Positions 1 to 12,360 of a DNA stretch of 52,844 bases are shown piece by piece. Every line of letters starts with the position of its first letter. Within the stretch, counting starts at the first letter, position 1. Source of the DNA: Catajapyx aquilonaris (taxonomy: Eukaryota). The DNA lies in contig JYFJ02002678.1 of NCBI GenBank assembly GCA_000934665.2, positions 1 through 52,844 of the forward strand. The letters run 5' to 3'. The position numbers and the translations under genes were made by a program. The notes below the pieces were generated by a model. That model did not search any database, was not told the DNA's origin, and was given only the letters and a program-made list of their open reading frames with translations.

Positions 1-1152
1 GGCACAAAATGTTTACTTTTTTGGGCATATCGAGGATTATGTTACAGAAAGTAAAAAGCCAGAATAATTTTATAGGCCTTAAGTTTAAATATAAGGTCGC
101 AAACCGGAGCAAAAATCGAATAAACTGACAGAAAATCACAAAACTTGGCCAAAAGACACAAAGTGCAAGCAAGTATCACTTGCTCTGGACTCTACCGCTT
201 ATAGCCAGTTTCCACTTGCACCAGACTTGCACAATATGTTGCCAAATGTTTTTTCAATCAGAGGAAAATTTAGAAAAAAAAATATTTGACATGCGTGTCA
301 CGGGAACATGTTTCGTATTGCTTCTGAACGATTTTGGGCCTGTCCAGAGCACAAAAAATACTCCTAAAAAAAACCAAACATGTCTCTGAAGGAATAGGCC
401 CAAAAAGTCCCCAAATTACTGCAAAAGGTTTAAAAAGTACCCCAAAAAAGGCCGAATAGGCAAAATAGTTCCCAAAACCACGAAATAGGCCATTTTAGGC
501 ACTATAAAACCTACATTTTCCACATCCTGCACTTATGAAACGGATAGATCTCTTCACAAAATGATTCCAACTGTTAAGGAACTAAATAGGCATTTGCCTA
601 AAAATCCGGACGAAATCCCGAATTGCCCCGCCATTTTTTCGGGTCTTTTTTGCAGTAATTTGGGGACTTTTTGGGCCTATTCCTTCAGAGACATGTTTGG
701 TTTTTTAGGAGTATTTTTTGTGCTCTGGACAGGACCAAAATCGTTCAGAAGCAATACGAAACATGTTCCCGTGACACGCATGCCAAATATTTTTTTTTCT
801 AAATTTTCCTCTGATTGAAAAAATATTTGGCAACATATTGTGCAAGTCTGGTGCAAGTGGAAACTGGCTATAAGCGGTAGAGTCCAGAGCAAGTGATACT
901 TGCTTGCACTTTGTGTCTTTTGGCCAAGTTTTGTGATTTTCTGTCAGTTTATTCGATTTTTGCTCCGGTTTGCAACCTTATATTTAAACTTAAGGCCTAT
1001 AAAATTATTCTGGCTTTTTACTTTCTGTAACATAATCCTCGATATGCCCAAAAAAGTAAACATTTTGTGCCGATTTGAGATTTTTTCGTGCCTATTTGAG
1101 GGTTTTTCGTGCCCATTTCGGTGTTTTTTCGTGCCTAAAAATCCGGACTCTA
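1..1152. mobile_element. Non-autonomous DNA transposon dimer / foldback: one copy (window start to ~611) plus an inverted partial copy (648-1152)
   Basis: 1-426 is the near-perfect reverse complement of 648-1071, with about five differences by eye. The terminal motif TGCCTAAAAATCCGGAC occurs at 595-611 and 1132-1148 (the latter ending CTCTA at 1152). Subterminal TTTTCGTGCC occurs three times at 1082-1135. The left end lies outside the window. Confidence 0.8.
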
Positions 1153-2033
1153 ATTATCAGCAGTCGGATTCCTCCAAACTTGCCACGGTTCCGCCGGATA
1201 AGTCCGGGCAGCGCAAAAGGAGGAAAATAAATAAAAAGGTCAGGTTGGACGGGTTCTAATCAACAACGACCTCGAACGCGCAGCTCAGGGAGATAAGGAA
1301 AGTGGGAGGTTGGGTGGTGAAAAGTCAGATGCGCGGGGGGGGAAGGCCGGTGGGCGAGCATGTGGGGGAGGGGGTGCGCACTACTTGCGACTACCGGCAT
1401 CTAGCGTCCGGGGGGAGAAGCGCTCGTAGACTGTAGTTCGTGCGCTGCCGCTGCGACATTTCTTGGTGGACCGATAGTACACACATCAAATGGCAGAAAT
1501 GTGACTTGCAGAAAGCTTTGTGTGTGTATGAGCCACGAGGAAAGAGGGCGGAGAGAGCGAGATACCGGATGTCTTCCAGGATCCATTTTGCAGTGGCCCA
1601 CAATAATTTTTATTGGAAGTTGTTCCTAACTAATGTTAGATGAAAAATTGAAAATCGGTTTCTAAATATCTGCCCCCGAGTAGTGAATATCTGAGATCAA
1701 ATATAGAGAATTTGCAATTATTTTGCACTTGAATTAATGAGCACAGCATGATTTTTCTTTCAATCGTACTGACAATGGTGAACTACATGATGGCTAATTG
1801 TTTGAGTCACATATTGCTCACATAAAATAAGCTATTATTTAATAAAACAAATTCTGGCTACACAATATGGCAACACTGCAAATGGGATGTGATACTGTGG
1901 AATCAATATTTCACATTTTAAATTTTAATGAAATTATCGTTCGTGAACAGGATTTGACTCAAAAAAACGGAAATCTATATATTGTCAGATTTAAAAAAAT
2001 CTTGAACTAGTGTCTTCTGTGGTCATTTCAACG

Positions 2034-2150
2034 TACAGTGGAACATCTTACTTCGAACGCCCCTAACTTCGAACGTTCCAGAGTTCGAACGCTAAATTCA
2101 CGAGAAATTTGATCCGGAGTTCGAACGATGCTTCTAAGTTCGAACTACTC
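2034..2150 (+). mobile_element. Tc1/mariner-pogo (Tigger-like) transposon terminus
   Basis: TA followed by CAGTGGAAC at 2034-2044, then five TTCGAAC subterminal motifs (2052, 2068, 2084, 2120, 2139). No partner end was found. Confidence 0.55.
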
Positions 2151-2759
2151 GCGCGATGGAAAAATGCTCTCTGCGTAAACGCCATACGTTTTGCGCCCAC
2201 GTCGCGTCGCGTCGCGTCGTCTCTCGCACGTTCTCGCTGTGAACGCATATCTTGCGTTATCCTCATGTGTTTTGATTGCTTTTATCACTTTATTTTAATT
2301 GATTAGCTTGATTAACGTATGTAGGCTACTGTATGAGACCATTTTCTCTGTACCGTTTTATTTTACATTTGTTCTCCTTTGGTGGATATGTTACCCCCAC
2401 CCCTTTTGGTTGTGAAGGTTTTCTTGGCCGTGTTGAGACGGCCAAAAGAGTTCAGTTGGAAATACAAGCTCGATCGTGTCAGTCGTTACTCCGATGTTCT
2501 TCCCTTTCTACCCAACCGTCTTACAGCTACTGTATACTGGACCCTTTCTCTTCTTCTTCACCTTCCTGTCCACCAGTCACATCACCACTCATCACTGGTA
2601 CAAAATATGCAAGAAAATGCATTTTTGCTCCTGTGGCCATGGTTTTGCAACTAGACAGTTGGTCTTGACTTTCGTAGTTATCTTAGAATGTGCTAACTTG
2701 GTTGTTACACTGACGTTAGTTGTTGAAGCAACATAAATATTTTTCTGAAACAATGGGAG

Positions 2760-3152
2760 CCTGTCAATTTGCCCCCGCCTGGGGGCATACGGACACCTAC
2801 ATTTATACATGAAAAAATAGACATTTTGACAAATAAGAACGTTGAATTTTTAATGGCGAAGAGAAGAGTGTTGCCGAGAATGTTTTTGCAGCTGATAGCT
2901 CGGTCCATTCGGTATTCCACGAACACCGCGTAGAGGAAAGTTTCCGATTTCGCACTATTTTGCAAGAATGGCACGTCAAAACTAATTATCTCACTATAAT
3001 TTATACACACCATGGGGATGTCAAATTAGGTGGATAGTCTATTCACTCTATTGGATATTAATTTTTCCTTCAAAATTTGAAAGTGTCAATTAGTCCCTTG
3101 GACTTGGAGCATGTCCGTTTGCCCCACACCCTCACGTGTCCGTTTGCCCCCA
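2760..3152. mobile_element. DNA-transposon (pogo-like) subterminal fragment
   Basis: Repeated TGTCMRTTTGCCCC motif at ~2762, ~3112 and ~3137, a degenerate copy at ~3083, and an inverted copy GGGGCATACGGACA at ~2782. Confidence 0.4.
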
Positions 3153-3514
3153 ACCAACGTGAGTTAATGAAGATAAGGACAATATATTTTTTTAAATAAT
3201 AATAGCAGCTATACTTAGACATTCATGCTCTGTATGCGACGGGAACAATTTTCCTCGTCTAGAATTAGGGAAATTAATTTTCAATGAGATTGCTGTAAAA
3301 ACTCGATATTCGTTTTTTAAAGTCGATCTTTATGAAAATTATTTTAGGGACTTCTAGACGAGGAAAATCGTCTCCGACACATCGAAGTGTAGACCGTAGA
3401 GCCTGAATGTGTAAATATGATACTTATAGCACTAAATCTGCTATTATTTGTAAAATATCTTCTCCTTATCTTCAGAGTGCGTGTATGAGAAAATAATATA
3501 GGCGATGTAGTGGG

Positions 3515-4450
3515 AGCGGTACGCAAAAGAAAACCGCATTTGATGATAGAAGCAAGCCACTTTGCACACTTGTTCCTAACACCATAAGGTTCAATTTGAC
3601 CCGCAGTACCGTCAAAATCTTCCCATAGGATTCAAAATGGCGACCATCTTTTCAAAATGGCCGACAATATCGAAAAGTGTTCCATTTTGGGGTACTCATG
3701 AATGCGGGGTGTCGATTTCGCATGATTTAAGGTCGCTAAACTCGAATTTGGCCATACCAAGTTGCCATCTTGAATTATTTCGGCCCCAGAGGCGACATTT
3801 TCCAAAATGGCGGCTTTTATTGTATACACCTCAAATTGTCCTAGAAGCGAATGTGATGTGTCAATTCCGGGTCATTTCCACATGCGAAGCTCAAATATAA
3901 ACTGACCTTGGCGACATTTTGTGTCAATTAGGCTCCACAGGCGCCATTTTCCAAGATGGTGGCCTGATGTATTCTGTAAACTCGGAACTAGTCGAAGCGG
4001 TACACAAAAATATGCTGCAAAATCTTGCAGAAAGCAAGCCACTTTGCACAGACGTTCCATAGACCAAGACGATCAATTTGACTCGCAGCACCCTGACCCC
4101 TGACCTTGTGGGGTCAAATGGAGGCCATTTTTTGAAAAAAAAGTCATATATTTTTTGTAAATTCCCAATTGCCTCTCCATGGCAATGTTGGTGTCATTTC
4201 CGCATATTTCGAGGTCGACGAGTCGACTGGTAACATGCAGGAGGTCATAAGGTTACTAGTTTGTGACCTATGATCTCCATGTTTAAATTACCCTACTGGG
4301 CTATGTCTAATGGTATTTGCGACTAAAAGGTGGCATGTGAGGTATCGTTTAGATATAATTTGATGTCACTGAAACCGAAAACGACAATAAAAATTCGGAA
4401 TCATGCATCCGGTGACATGTGGGGCGCCATATTGGGTTTCAACATACCCT
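3515..4450. repeat. Degenerate internally repeated element with ~482-bp periodicity, rich in AAAATGGCG/CGCCATTTT motifs
   Basis: AAGCAAGCCACTTTGCACA at 3550-3568 and 4032-4050, AGCGGTAC at 3515/3996, and TCAATTTGAC at 3591/4073, all offset 481-482 bp. Many CAAAATGG/CCATTTT motifs. Confidence 0.6.
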
Positions 4451-6880
4451 TTGGGGGGGATGTCGGATGTGCACCCGTAAGCGAATAGTATTCTTGTACT
4501 ACACAGCCTTTTGGGGGGAGGTATATGACAGCAAACGTCTCACTGTCAGAATTACATTGCATATGCCCTGTTGCATAATTTAGAGTCCTAGCATGAGAAC
4601 AACAGAGCACTGGTATGTTTTCATTCATACCAAAATCATTAGAGAGTCTTAACTACAATGCTTGTTGTTGTATGCCTTTCTTCTCCATTTTCGGGAAGTG
4701 CTGACATAATGCAGCATCGTATTCACTTTCATTAGAAATTAATCCAGCACATTGCCTCCAAATATTTACAATCGGATGCGGTAGGAATGGTGGCACCCGA
4801 CCATACAATTCGGGATGGATTTGTTCCCGCGCTTCTTCGTTTCCTAACCGCCATTCCAGCTTTCAACACCGGCCGCTAGGCGGGTACACCTCCGCGATTT
4901 CGGGGTGTCCCTAACGAGGCTGTTATATCCGGAGTCAACTCTAGTGGCATGTGTTTTTCGTGCTACAATTTCTTTATCTTGACCCGTTGGTCCAAGGCTC
5001 CCGAAAATCATGCATTGCACTAGTGTAGTCGGAGGGATCTGGCCCATCTGGGTACCAATTTTAAGGCAAATCAAAACATGTGGCGTGACACGTGGAAAAT
5101 ATTTTGTTGGTCTCCTGGACTTACGAACTCCGCAACTGCTTCTTCCATTTTCCACTCTGCCATCGAGCCTAGTTACCAGCCGACGGCGATCAAGTATTGG
5201 ATGTCCCAAACCGACTCACTAGAAGCACTGTCCCGAACTTATTGAAGGAGGCAACGGATTTTTTCTCTCTTTGGCGGAAGCAAGATGGCAGCTGGGTCAA
5301 ATAGCGTAACTGTTTTGCACCCGGCCGTTGTTGACTGGTTATTCCTACATTGCTATAAGATGTGGCCCGGGTCGAAATTTTAAACTTATATGTCACAAAT
5401 TGCGATATTTTTTTGAGATAGGCTGGAAATAATGGGGTCGTGGGTGAAAGAGCCGAATTGTTACAGTTGTACTAACAATGACAGCTAATGTTTGTAGCTG
5501 TTAGTTTTATAACTGTTCCATCGGCTGGCCAGATACGTCACACTGTTTACCGTTACGTCATTGGAAAAAAAAGAGGGAGTAGGGGACAATCATGGGGAAA
5601 ATGGACTTGGAGCGACTTGGAGGGTTATAAAATAAATTAATTAGTATTAATATAACATGTGACGAAGAAAACAAATGGGAATAATTTGTGAACACAGCAC
5701 TTTGGCTCCAGTCTATTAGAGTCTCGTACCGTACTGCACGCTGTAGCTTGCGCTGTAGTGTACAGTAGGCCTACATGCCAAATTACGCTGGCTGAGAGTT
5801 GCTGATTTGCTTAGTTTCGAGGTGCAATTATGCAAGGTGAGGCACAAAGTAAACCCGGAGTGGGGTTACGACCAGGTTAGTAACACCAGTAAAATAGGCT
5901 TCTGTGACCACTGGGTCACTTATTTGGGGATTTCAACAAGCTAAAACCTTAACATTTTTTTCTGCATCAGCTGCTAGCCATATCCCAGTCAACATTGTGG
6001 GCAACACTCCACAAGCAGCAGCACCTGTTGTGGGTTCCACTATTACAAGGCACAGGCCAGACTTCTCCATGCTGAAAACATTCCTTTTGAAGTCATAGAG
6101 GTAAGTTGGCTGACATATGGATGTAACTTTACTTTTCAGAAAGAGATGATGGAGTTTTTAAACCAACAGATGCACTTTCAGGCCTGGCTCAAGCACCAGG
6201 AAATTCAGTGCTTGCTACAAATCAACACAGACAAGAATGTTGCACTTTAGGGGTAACTGTCGATTTTTGGGTTGTTAGTCAGCAAGCACAAAGTATTTCA
6301 TACTAACTTGGTGGAACTGGTAAGAGGTAGGTGTGCTCATGTGCATATGATTGATGTGACTGTGGCTGATGAAGATCTGCTGAGGATCTGATCTTTGTTC
6401 TTGCCAATAATTTTCTAATAGCTTCCATGGACTGAGGAGCAATTATTGTTCCATCAGACTTCAATGATTTATTATTTTACAATTTGGTATATTTGATATT
6501 CTTCAGTATTTCTCAATGTCTGTATCTGTTCTAGAACATACAATAATGTATAATTATAAATGCTGGTCTTACAGTGCATTTTCCAAATATTCAGCATAGA
6601 ATGTTAGTACACTATCTTATGATCTCCAAAAAGTAGCCTCAGCTCCAGCCATTTTTCATTGTTTTTTTTTGTGTGTGTGTTTTTTTTTGCTTGCTGGCCC
6701 TCCATCAGCAAGGGTATATCAGTAAGGTTTATAATAGGGTTTGTTACAGGACAAGGTCAGGGTGAAGGTCAATCATGTGGGATGTCATGAAACCTATACT
6801 GCACGGTCCTCTATTTAGGCGCTAAGAAACAAAGTAAGCCCCCTACTTGGTTTGTGAACCTGCTGTGCTACCTTGCGTTG

Positions 6881-7389
6881 CAACCAAACGAACTCTTTTT
6901 ACCCTCCTAAATTTGGAAATTTTTTGGATTTTCTGATGCTGCTTGACCTGCACGGCTGCAGTGTTGTGCAAACATCACCTCTGCTGCTAATTTTCACGTT
7001 AGCAGGGTCGAAATACAAGCCAAAAGGCGATATTCCGAAAGCAACAACGCCTGCATCCGGTCGCCGGTCGCCGCTACTGATATCAGTGATATGTAAATGA
7101 TTGATTAAACTTGAACTATAGATTGCTAGATAAAATTTATTTAGAAGCGTGTGAGGTGATATTCTACTCGTTCGTGCCACCCTAGAGCGCGCTGCAGTCG
7201 CGGCGACCGGGGACCTGCGACCCGCGACCGTCTGCTAGTGTTGTGGTTTCGGAATATCGCCTTTTGCCTCATATTTTGACGTGAAAATTAGCAGCAGAGG
7301 TGAAGTTTGCACAACACTACAGGCCAAGCAGAATTAGAAAATCCAAAAATTTTCAAAATTTAGGAGGGTAAAAAGAGTGAGTTTGGTTG
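6881..7389. mobile_element. MITE with long imperfect inverted arms (~190 bp each)
   Basis: Left arm CAACCAAAC..ACTCTTTTTACCCTCCTAAATTT..CACCTCTGCTGCTAATTTTCACGT..AAAAGGCGATATTCCGAAA is mirrored at ~7200-7389. There is an AT-rich spacer and no clear TSD. Confidence 0.8.
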
Positions 7390-8625
7390 TCAGTAAAATC
7401 TAGTTTTTGAGCATGCCTTACAGTGGGAGCCTAGTGACACAAAAGTGATTCAGTAATTTCCACATATTGCTCAAGGTTAATTTCATGAGCTGCATTCATT
7501 ATTCTAAGGCTGAATTTTATTTACTGAACGCTTCCGTCATGTACTCCTAAATTTCTGATTTCATCAAGCTTCATTTCCACTCCAGGTTGTGCCAGATTGT
7601 CTATTGCTGCCACCATAATATGAGGCCTAGATCTGGACAAGTTCCTTCAGAAAGCACATGAACTGCCAAGCAAAACTGGGACTTACCATTGGCAAACCAT
7701 CCAAGACTCAGTAAGATGCTCCCATTCCTTATGCTCATGCTAAGATTAGCCTACAAATTGGACCCCAAAATATTTGTGACAAATATTAGCACATCCAGGA
7801 AGAATGAAAACTCTGTACTTAAATTATTTGTGAAGAATATATTTTTCTCCTTCTCTTCCCCCTCTTCCTACCTCCCCTCAAGACATTACGCTGTATAGAA
7901 GCACGATGTAAGTTGGAAGTGAGGAAAGAATAGGTGGAAGAGGTAGCTGGTTGATAAATGATGACCAATTTACAAAACAACGACAATTTTTGTAACACCA
8001 AAATGTCATGGACTTGACATACAAATCCATTAATATACAACTTGTAATCATTCAGTCATAAATTCATACATGAAAATTCAAGGCACTGATCCTCACATAT
8101 TGGACAGGCATGTGTGCTTACAGTTAGCCAATTTTCCACTCACTCTGGAATGAATCAAGACTACACCCATGATTCAACTGCTGTAATCTTAGAATTTCAG
8201 TAGACACATCCCCAACCTGTCATGTAATTTTCACAACACGACCAACTGGGGTCATAACCCATAAGAGAAAACATGTAATTATGACATGACATATGCCACT
8301 GAGCAAATCAGTACCTCTCTTCTGACACATAGGCTATTTTTGATAAGCACAATAATAAGCAACCAGTGAGTGTGGATAACTCTAAGCCCCCTTTATCTAT
8401 TACAGAGGAAACTTCAAAATTTCAAGGAAAATCCATTCAAAGTTGTTGTTGATCACACTCTCAACCACCTGACACATTCAGAGCAGGCACTCTTCCACCA
8501 TGATCTGATATGAGGTTCATGAAAAATTCTGTAAACTTCTCCTTACTATACTCACACTCCAACATTGGCCCTTGCTGTATACACAAGAGGGACCTGAAAC
8601 AAGAGCCCGGAGACAACGTCTACTT

Positions 8626-8964
8626 TTATAATAATAATAATGCTGGGGTAATGTGCTTTCGCCCCCACATGGGGCACGGACCTTTATTTGTTTATGTACA
8701 ATTGGTGCCTGTTCATTTGAAACGCCCGGGCCCACGGGCAGGATGACAAGAGGGGATGTGCAAGGTGCAGTGCATCTGACGCTGTGGCCATTTTTAGTGA
8801 ACTCCCCCGGGTGGTTTAGTCTGTTGGAAATACCACCCGAGACGAAGCCAGAGGTGACCCTGAACTCTGCACGAGATGAAGGGGGTGTCCCCGGGCTGGG
8901 ATCGAACCAGGGACCTTAACATCCGTGGGCGCATACGTTACCGCAGCACCACTCCGCCTCCCCC
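8626..8964 (-). mobile_element. tRNA-derived SINE, family A, full length
   Basis: Head GGGGGAGGCGGAGTGGTGCTGCGG with B box GGTTCGATCCC and a (TTA)n tail. 16-bp TSD GAGACAACGTCTACTT at 8610-8625 and 8965-8980. Homologous to copies at 26855, 38366 and 48621. Confidence 0.92.
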
Positions 8965-9504
8965 GAGACAACGTCTACTTCAGAGCATCAGCTGATCTCT
9001 GTCTCTGCCCAGATTCAACTAGGATGTGTCGCCTCCACTGCAGCCTGGTTTCTCAGCATTATGGTAATGACCACGGAGAAACTACAATACACAAGTGGAG
9101 AGAAAGCTTTGTTTCGTGCAATGAAAGGCATGGGTGTAGTTGTGCAGCAATGGAACCAAGTGATGATCAATTCATTAGCCATTAGGCTATACTGTGTTCA
9201 CCTTTCATGCGGAGGGTTCACAAATATTTTTTGCCCACTGCTGCAGAAATAGTTTGTGTAGATTTTTCAGAGAACATGACAGGTTTCAGTGCCCAGTATT
9301 TCTTTTGGTGGTCCATTCAAGTGTCAGAGGTTTGCCACTTAGAGCTGTGTGTTAATCACTCGCTCAGAGTCCGAACTCATTCTTAGCAAAGCTTTGCCTC
9401 CTCAACAGTGTATTTCCAGAGAAAGACTTCTTTGGAAAAGGTGAGGAGCTTCCAGCAGTCACTGATGGCTCAGCAGCTGAAAGGAAAAGTCCAGAAGAGC
9501 TTCA

Positions 9505-9505
<1 letters not shown>

Positions 9506-9566
<61 letters not shown>
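9506..9566. repeat. (TTA)n microsatellite
   Basis: Pure TTA run. Confidence 0.95.
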
Positions 9567-9568
<2 letters not shown>

Positions 9569-9856
9569 CGAAGCAGTAGTGGTGTAGTGGTAGGGTGTCC
9601 GACTGCTAATCGGGAGGTCCTGGGTTCGAATCCCGGAGGCCGGCGACCCTGACCATGGTTTTCTGTGGTTTCCCATGGTCCTTGCAGGATAATTCCGGGG
9701 TCGTTACCGTAATATAGGCCACAGCCACCTCCTTCCTTCCCTTTCCCTGCTTCATTCCGGTGATGAGAAAAATAGTAAAAATGGAAGAGTTCCAGACAAA
9801 AAATTGGGAGAAATCCCCCCCTAGGAAAGCCCGGTAGGCTGATAATGGGGTATCAA

Positions 9857-9857
<1 letters not shown>
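9567..9857 (+). mobile_element. tRNA-derived SINE, family B, nested in the microsatellite tail of SINE C
   Basis: A box TGGTGTAGTGG, B box GGTTCGAATCC, central GGTTTTCTGTGGTTTCCC..GGCCACAGCCACCTCCTTCC segment, and 3' end ..GGGGTATCAAA(TTA)n. (TTA)n flanks it on both sides. Confidence 0.85.

Positions 9858-9905
<48 letters not shown>
9857..9905. repeat. (TTA)n microsatellite
   Basis: Pure TTA run. Confidence 0.95.
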
Positions 9906-9907
<2 letters not shown>

Positions 9908-11399
9908 CCGTTCTCGAGCCATTCGGCTCGTTTTGGGGGGAGGGGAAGGTTCCCAAGGGGGGGGCATCCTCGGTTTATAGTCAGCACTCACGACTCTCTC
10001 AGATACACCAGACCTTTTCTCTGGGCTCGGGTAGCTAAGGGAGTGCAATCCTGCCCCGGCGTGTCGGGCGAAAAGCGGAAAAAGACCCGGCCAAGCAGAG
10101 GTGAAGGGGACGGGATTTGAACCCCGGCCTCCCGCTTGGGTAGCCAGTGGCGTAACCACTACACTACCACGCCTCCCTCAGAAGAGCTTCATAAACCTTG
10201 GGAAAAGGACAACCAGGTTGCAAGTAGCTAAAATACCTATAACACCGATAACACCATTGTCGTATATGCACAGTACGTACAAAATGAGGATGTAGGAACT
10301 CAGCATGGTATGGTCGTGGAAACATGGAGCTCTAGCTGTCCCGTAGGATTCTATATGGAGGGTCTTGTGCAAGCATGAAGAACTACTTTTTCAATGCAGT
10401 ATTTTCCACGTCAGTGAATGAGAAGTTGACTTTCCATTTCATAGCTTTGGGCAAGAAAACTGGTGCAGTTCATTGTGCGCATAAGGTCATTTGCCTCAGG
10501 AGATGCCTTCCCTTGGTCAAACGCCTCAAGCCATGATCCGTCACCTACTCCTAGTCTTATCCGTCCCTTGGATGACAAGTTGGAAGCAGATTGGCATGAA
10601 TTTCGCACTGACACGCAGCTCCCATCGCAAGAAACCTGATCAGTTCTCTCTACAGTATCGTGGTTAGTAAAATGGATAGAAACAAAGGAAATGGATGGAA
10701 ACAAGTGCCTCAAAGTGTCTGCATTTGCGACTTTTAGTTACTACTCAGGTGGAGGGCATGCCATCAAGCATCGGTCTCGGAATATACATCAACGTACAAC
10801 TCAAGAGAGTGAGGCAGAGAAAGATGACTGGCCAGAAAACATTGGTAGGTTGTTTTAAGTTGTTGTAGATGGGCCCCCACCCGCGTCCAGCTACACAGCT
10901 GAACATAATCTCCTAAGGTTTTCCAAAGAGGCAAACGGCAGCCCCACACTACTTAAATTTATTCTTGCTTGAATGTGTGACAAGCAAAGAGGAAGACTCA
11001 CTCTGCAAAGTAAGTTATTATTGCAATAACCTCCTTTGCAGAGTGAGCAAGTATTCCCCAGTATCTGTGCGGCATTTCATCAGTCACAATCATGTCCAAG
11101 AATTTGGTTCCATTAAAATTAATGGTAATTCGGCTAACATATCTATTATTTTCTCGCGAGCCATATATGACCCAGGATTGAAACTAACCATATTGAATCT
11201 TGTATGGGTCACAACTCCTGTCACCAAATGTGGCTGCTCTTACGCAAATACATCACTAATTGTTGCGGTCTAAAAACACTTGAGCATGTTACTGAGCATG
11301 TGACCGATGGAATGCCACACATGTTTTTCTGAGTGCATTTGAGAGGAAAACAAGTTCCATAGGCGCATTCTACTCGCGTTTCTCTTTAATTTTATGTAT

Positions 11400-12360
11400 G
11401 GGTGATTCTCCAAAAACTTACAAATTTTCAAAGCAAGAATTAATGAATTTCAATACTTGCTTTAAAAATCTGGAAAAATTCTCACTTACTCTATATGAGG
11501 TCACAAATCAGAGAAAAATATGGGGAACTAACTCTAATATTTTAATGCCAGGAGAGTTAATATTTCCGGGAGTTCGGGAGCCAGAAGAATGACCTATGCA
11601 TGCAATAGGATTAATATCACGGTCCAGAACAAACGTTGTCTATGGAGATTTCTGTGGGTTCATGAAGACCCTTCATGCCATGGAATCACAGTTATTTCAA
11701 AACATTTAAGCTATTATGTGACATAGAAAAATGAGCCAGGAGTGTGAACTTTTTTATTTCCGGGAAAACTCGGGACACACTTTGGAGTGATGCAGCAAGG
11801 TCATGTCAAATGAATAAATCGTTTTAAAAATGTTGTTTTATACCTTCAACTATTTACAATTTAATTATAGTATTGAAACCTGTCTAATGTTAATGATAAA
11901 ATTGTAAGAAATATAGCATGCTTTAAAATGAGATCGGGACATGCCAAGAATGTGATTTTAGGCCCTTAGACATTTTTTTGCAGTAAAACTTAATTTAATA
12001 TTTTTCTTTGTTTTCATGGGGATGGCTAGGTGTCAACTGCTTCTACAAATGTTTAAAAAATCAACTCTCTCAGTCAAGCCATTTTTGAGTTATTATGCCG
12101 GGACATGGTATTGGTAAGTTTTTGGAGAATCACCCGTATATGTTGATTGGGTTTTGACCACTTCCAATAACCGAAAAAAATATCAAAAAAGGCCCCATTA
12201 TCAAAATTTCGCGATTTTTTCCCTCCCCACGGTATTTCGAAATTTGGCTGAAACTTGATATGCAGTGTTACGGCATAGGTGTGTACAGCTGTGATTATTT
12301 TCAGAAAAATTCGAGATGGTCTAGTAACATTTAGTCCCACTTGATTGGGAAAAACTGCTA
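11400..12360. mobile_element. Possible DNA-transposon terminal fragment (Academ-like end)
   Basis: Ends CCCACTTGATTGGGAAAAACTGCTA (reverse TAGCAGTTTTTCCCAATCAAGTGG), which recalls TAG-starting Academ termini. Transposon-like AT-rich subterminal sequence is present, but no partner end was seen. Confidence 0.25.

Larger units (their letters stand above)
9506..10178 (-). mobile_element. tRNA-derived SINE, family C (body 9906-10178; its (TAA)n tail is split by SINE B)
   Basis: Head GGGAGGCGTGGTAGTGTAGTGG with B box GGTTCAAATCC. A 14-bp TSD, CAGAAGAGCTTCAT, at 9492-9505 and 10179-10192 encloses the whole composite. Confidence 0.88.
8440..10960 (+). pseudogene. Decayed Mutator-like (MULE) transposase with SWIM zinc finger, interrupted by three SINEs
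   Basis: Frameshifted plus-strand translation gives HTLNH, HKRDLKQEPG-DNVYF-RASADLCLCPD (in frame once the SINE and one TSD are removed), AILCSPFMRRVHKYFLPTAAEIVCVDFSENM, VFLLVVHSSVRGLPL, LITRSESELILSKAL, FPEKDFFGKG..TDGSAAERK, then SCPVG..LCKH (SWIM-like) and FHFIALG. The motif order matches animal MULE/SWIM transposases as I recall them. Stops and frameshifts are present. Confidence 0.75.

Noticed and set aside
180..892. Twin ORFs MLWTLPLIASF... on opposite strands
   Set aside because: These are mirror images produced by the inverted repeat, with non-ATG starts and no protein features.
2052..2145. Regularly spaced TTCGAAC repeats as a CRISPR-like array
   Set aside because: The repeats are only 7 bp with short, uneven spacers, in a eukaryotic context with no cas genes. 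They fit transposon subterminal repeats.
8880..8964. SINE heads as true tRNA genes (also at ~9570, ~10110, ~13790, ~23920, ~38370, ~48760)
   Set aside because: Their acceptor stems are not restored and each continues into a SINE body, mostly with a tail and TSD.
9470..10159. Poly-Asn and poly-Ile ORFs (also at 43512-43850)
   Set aside because: They are translations of TTA/ATT microsatellites and SINE sequence.
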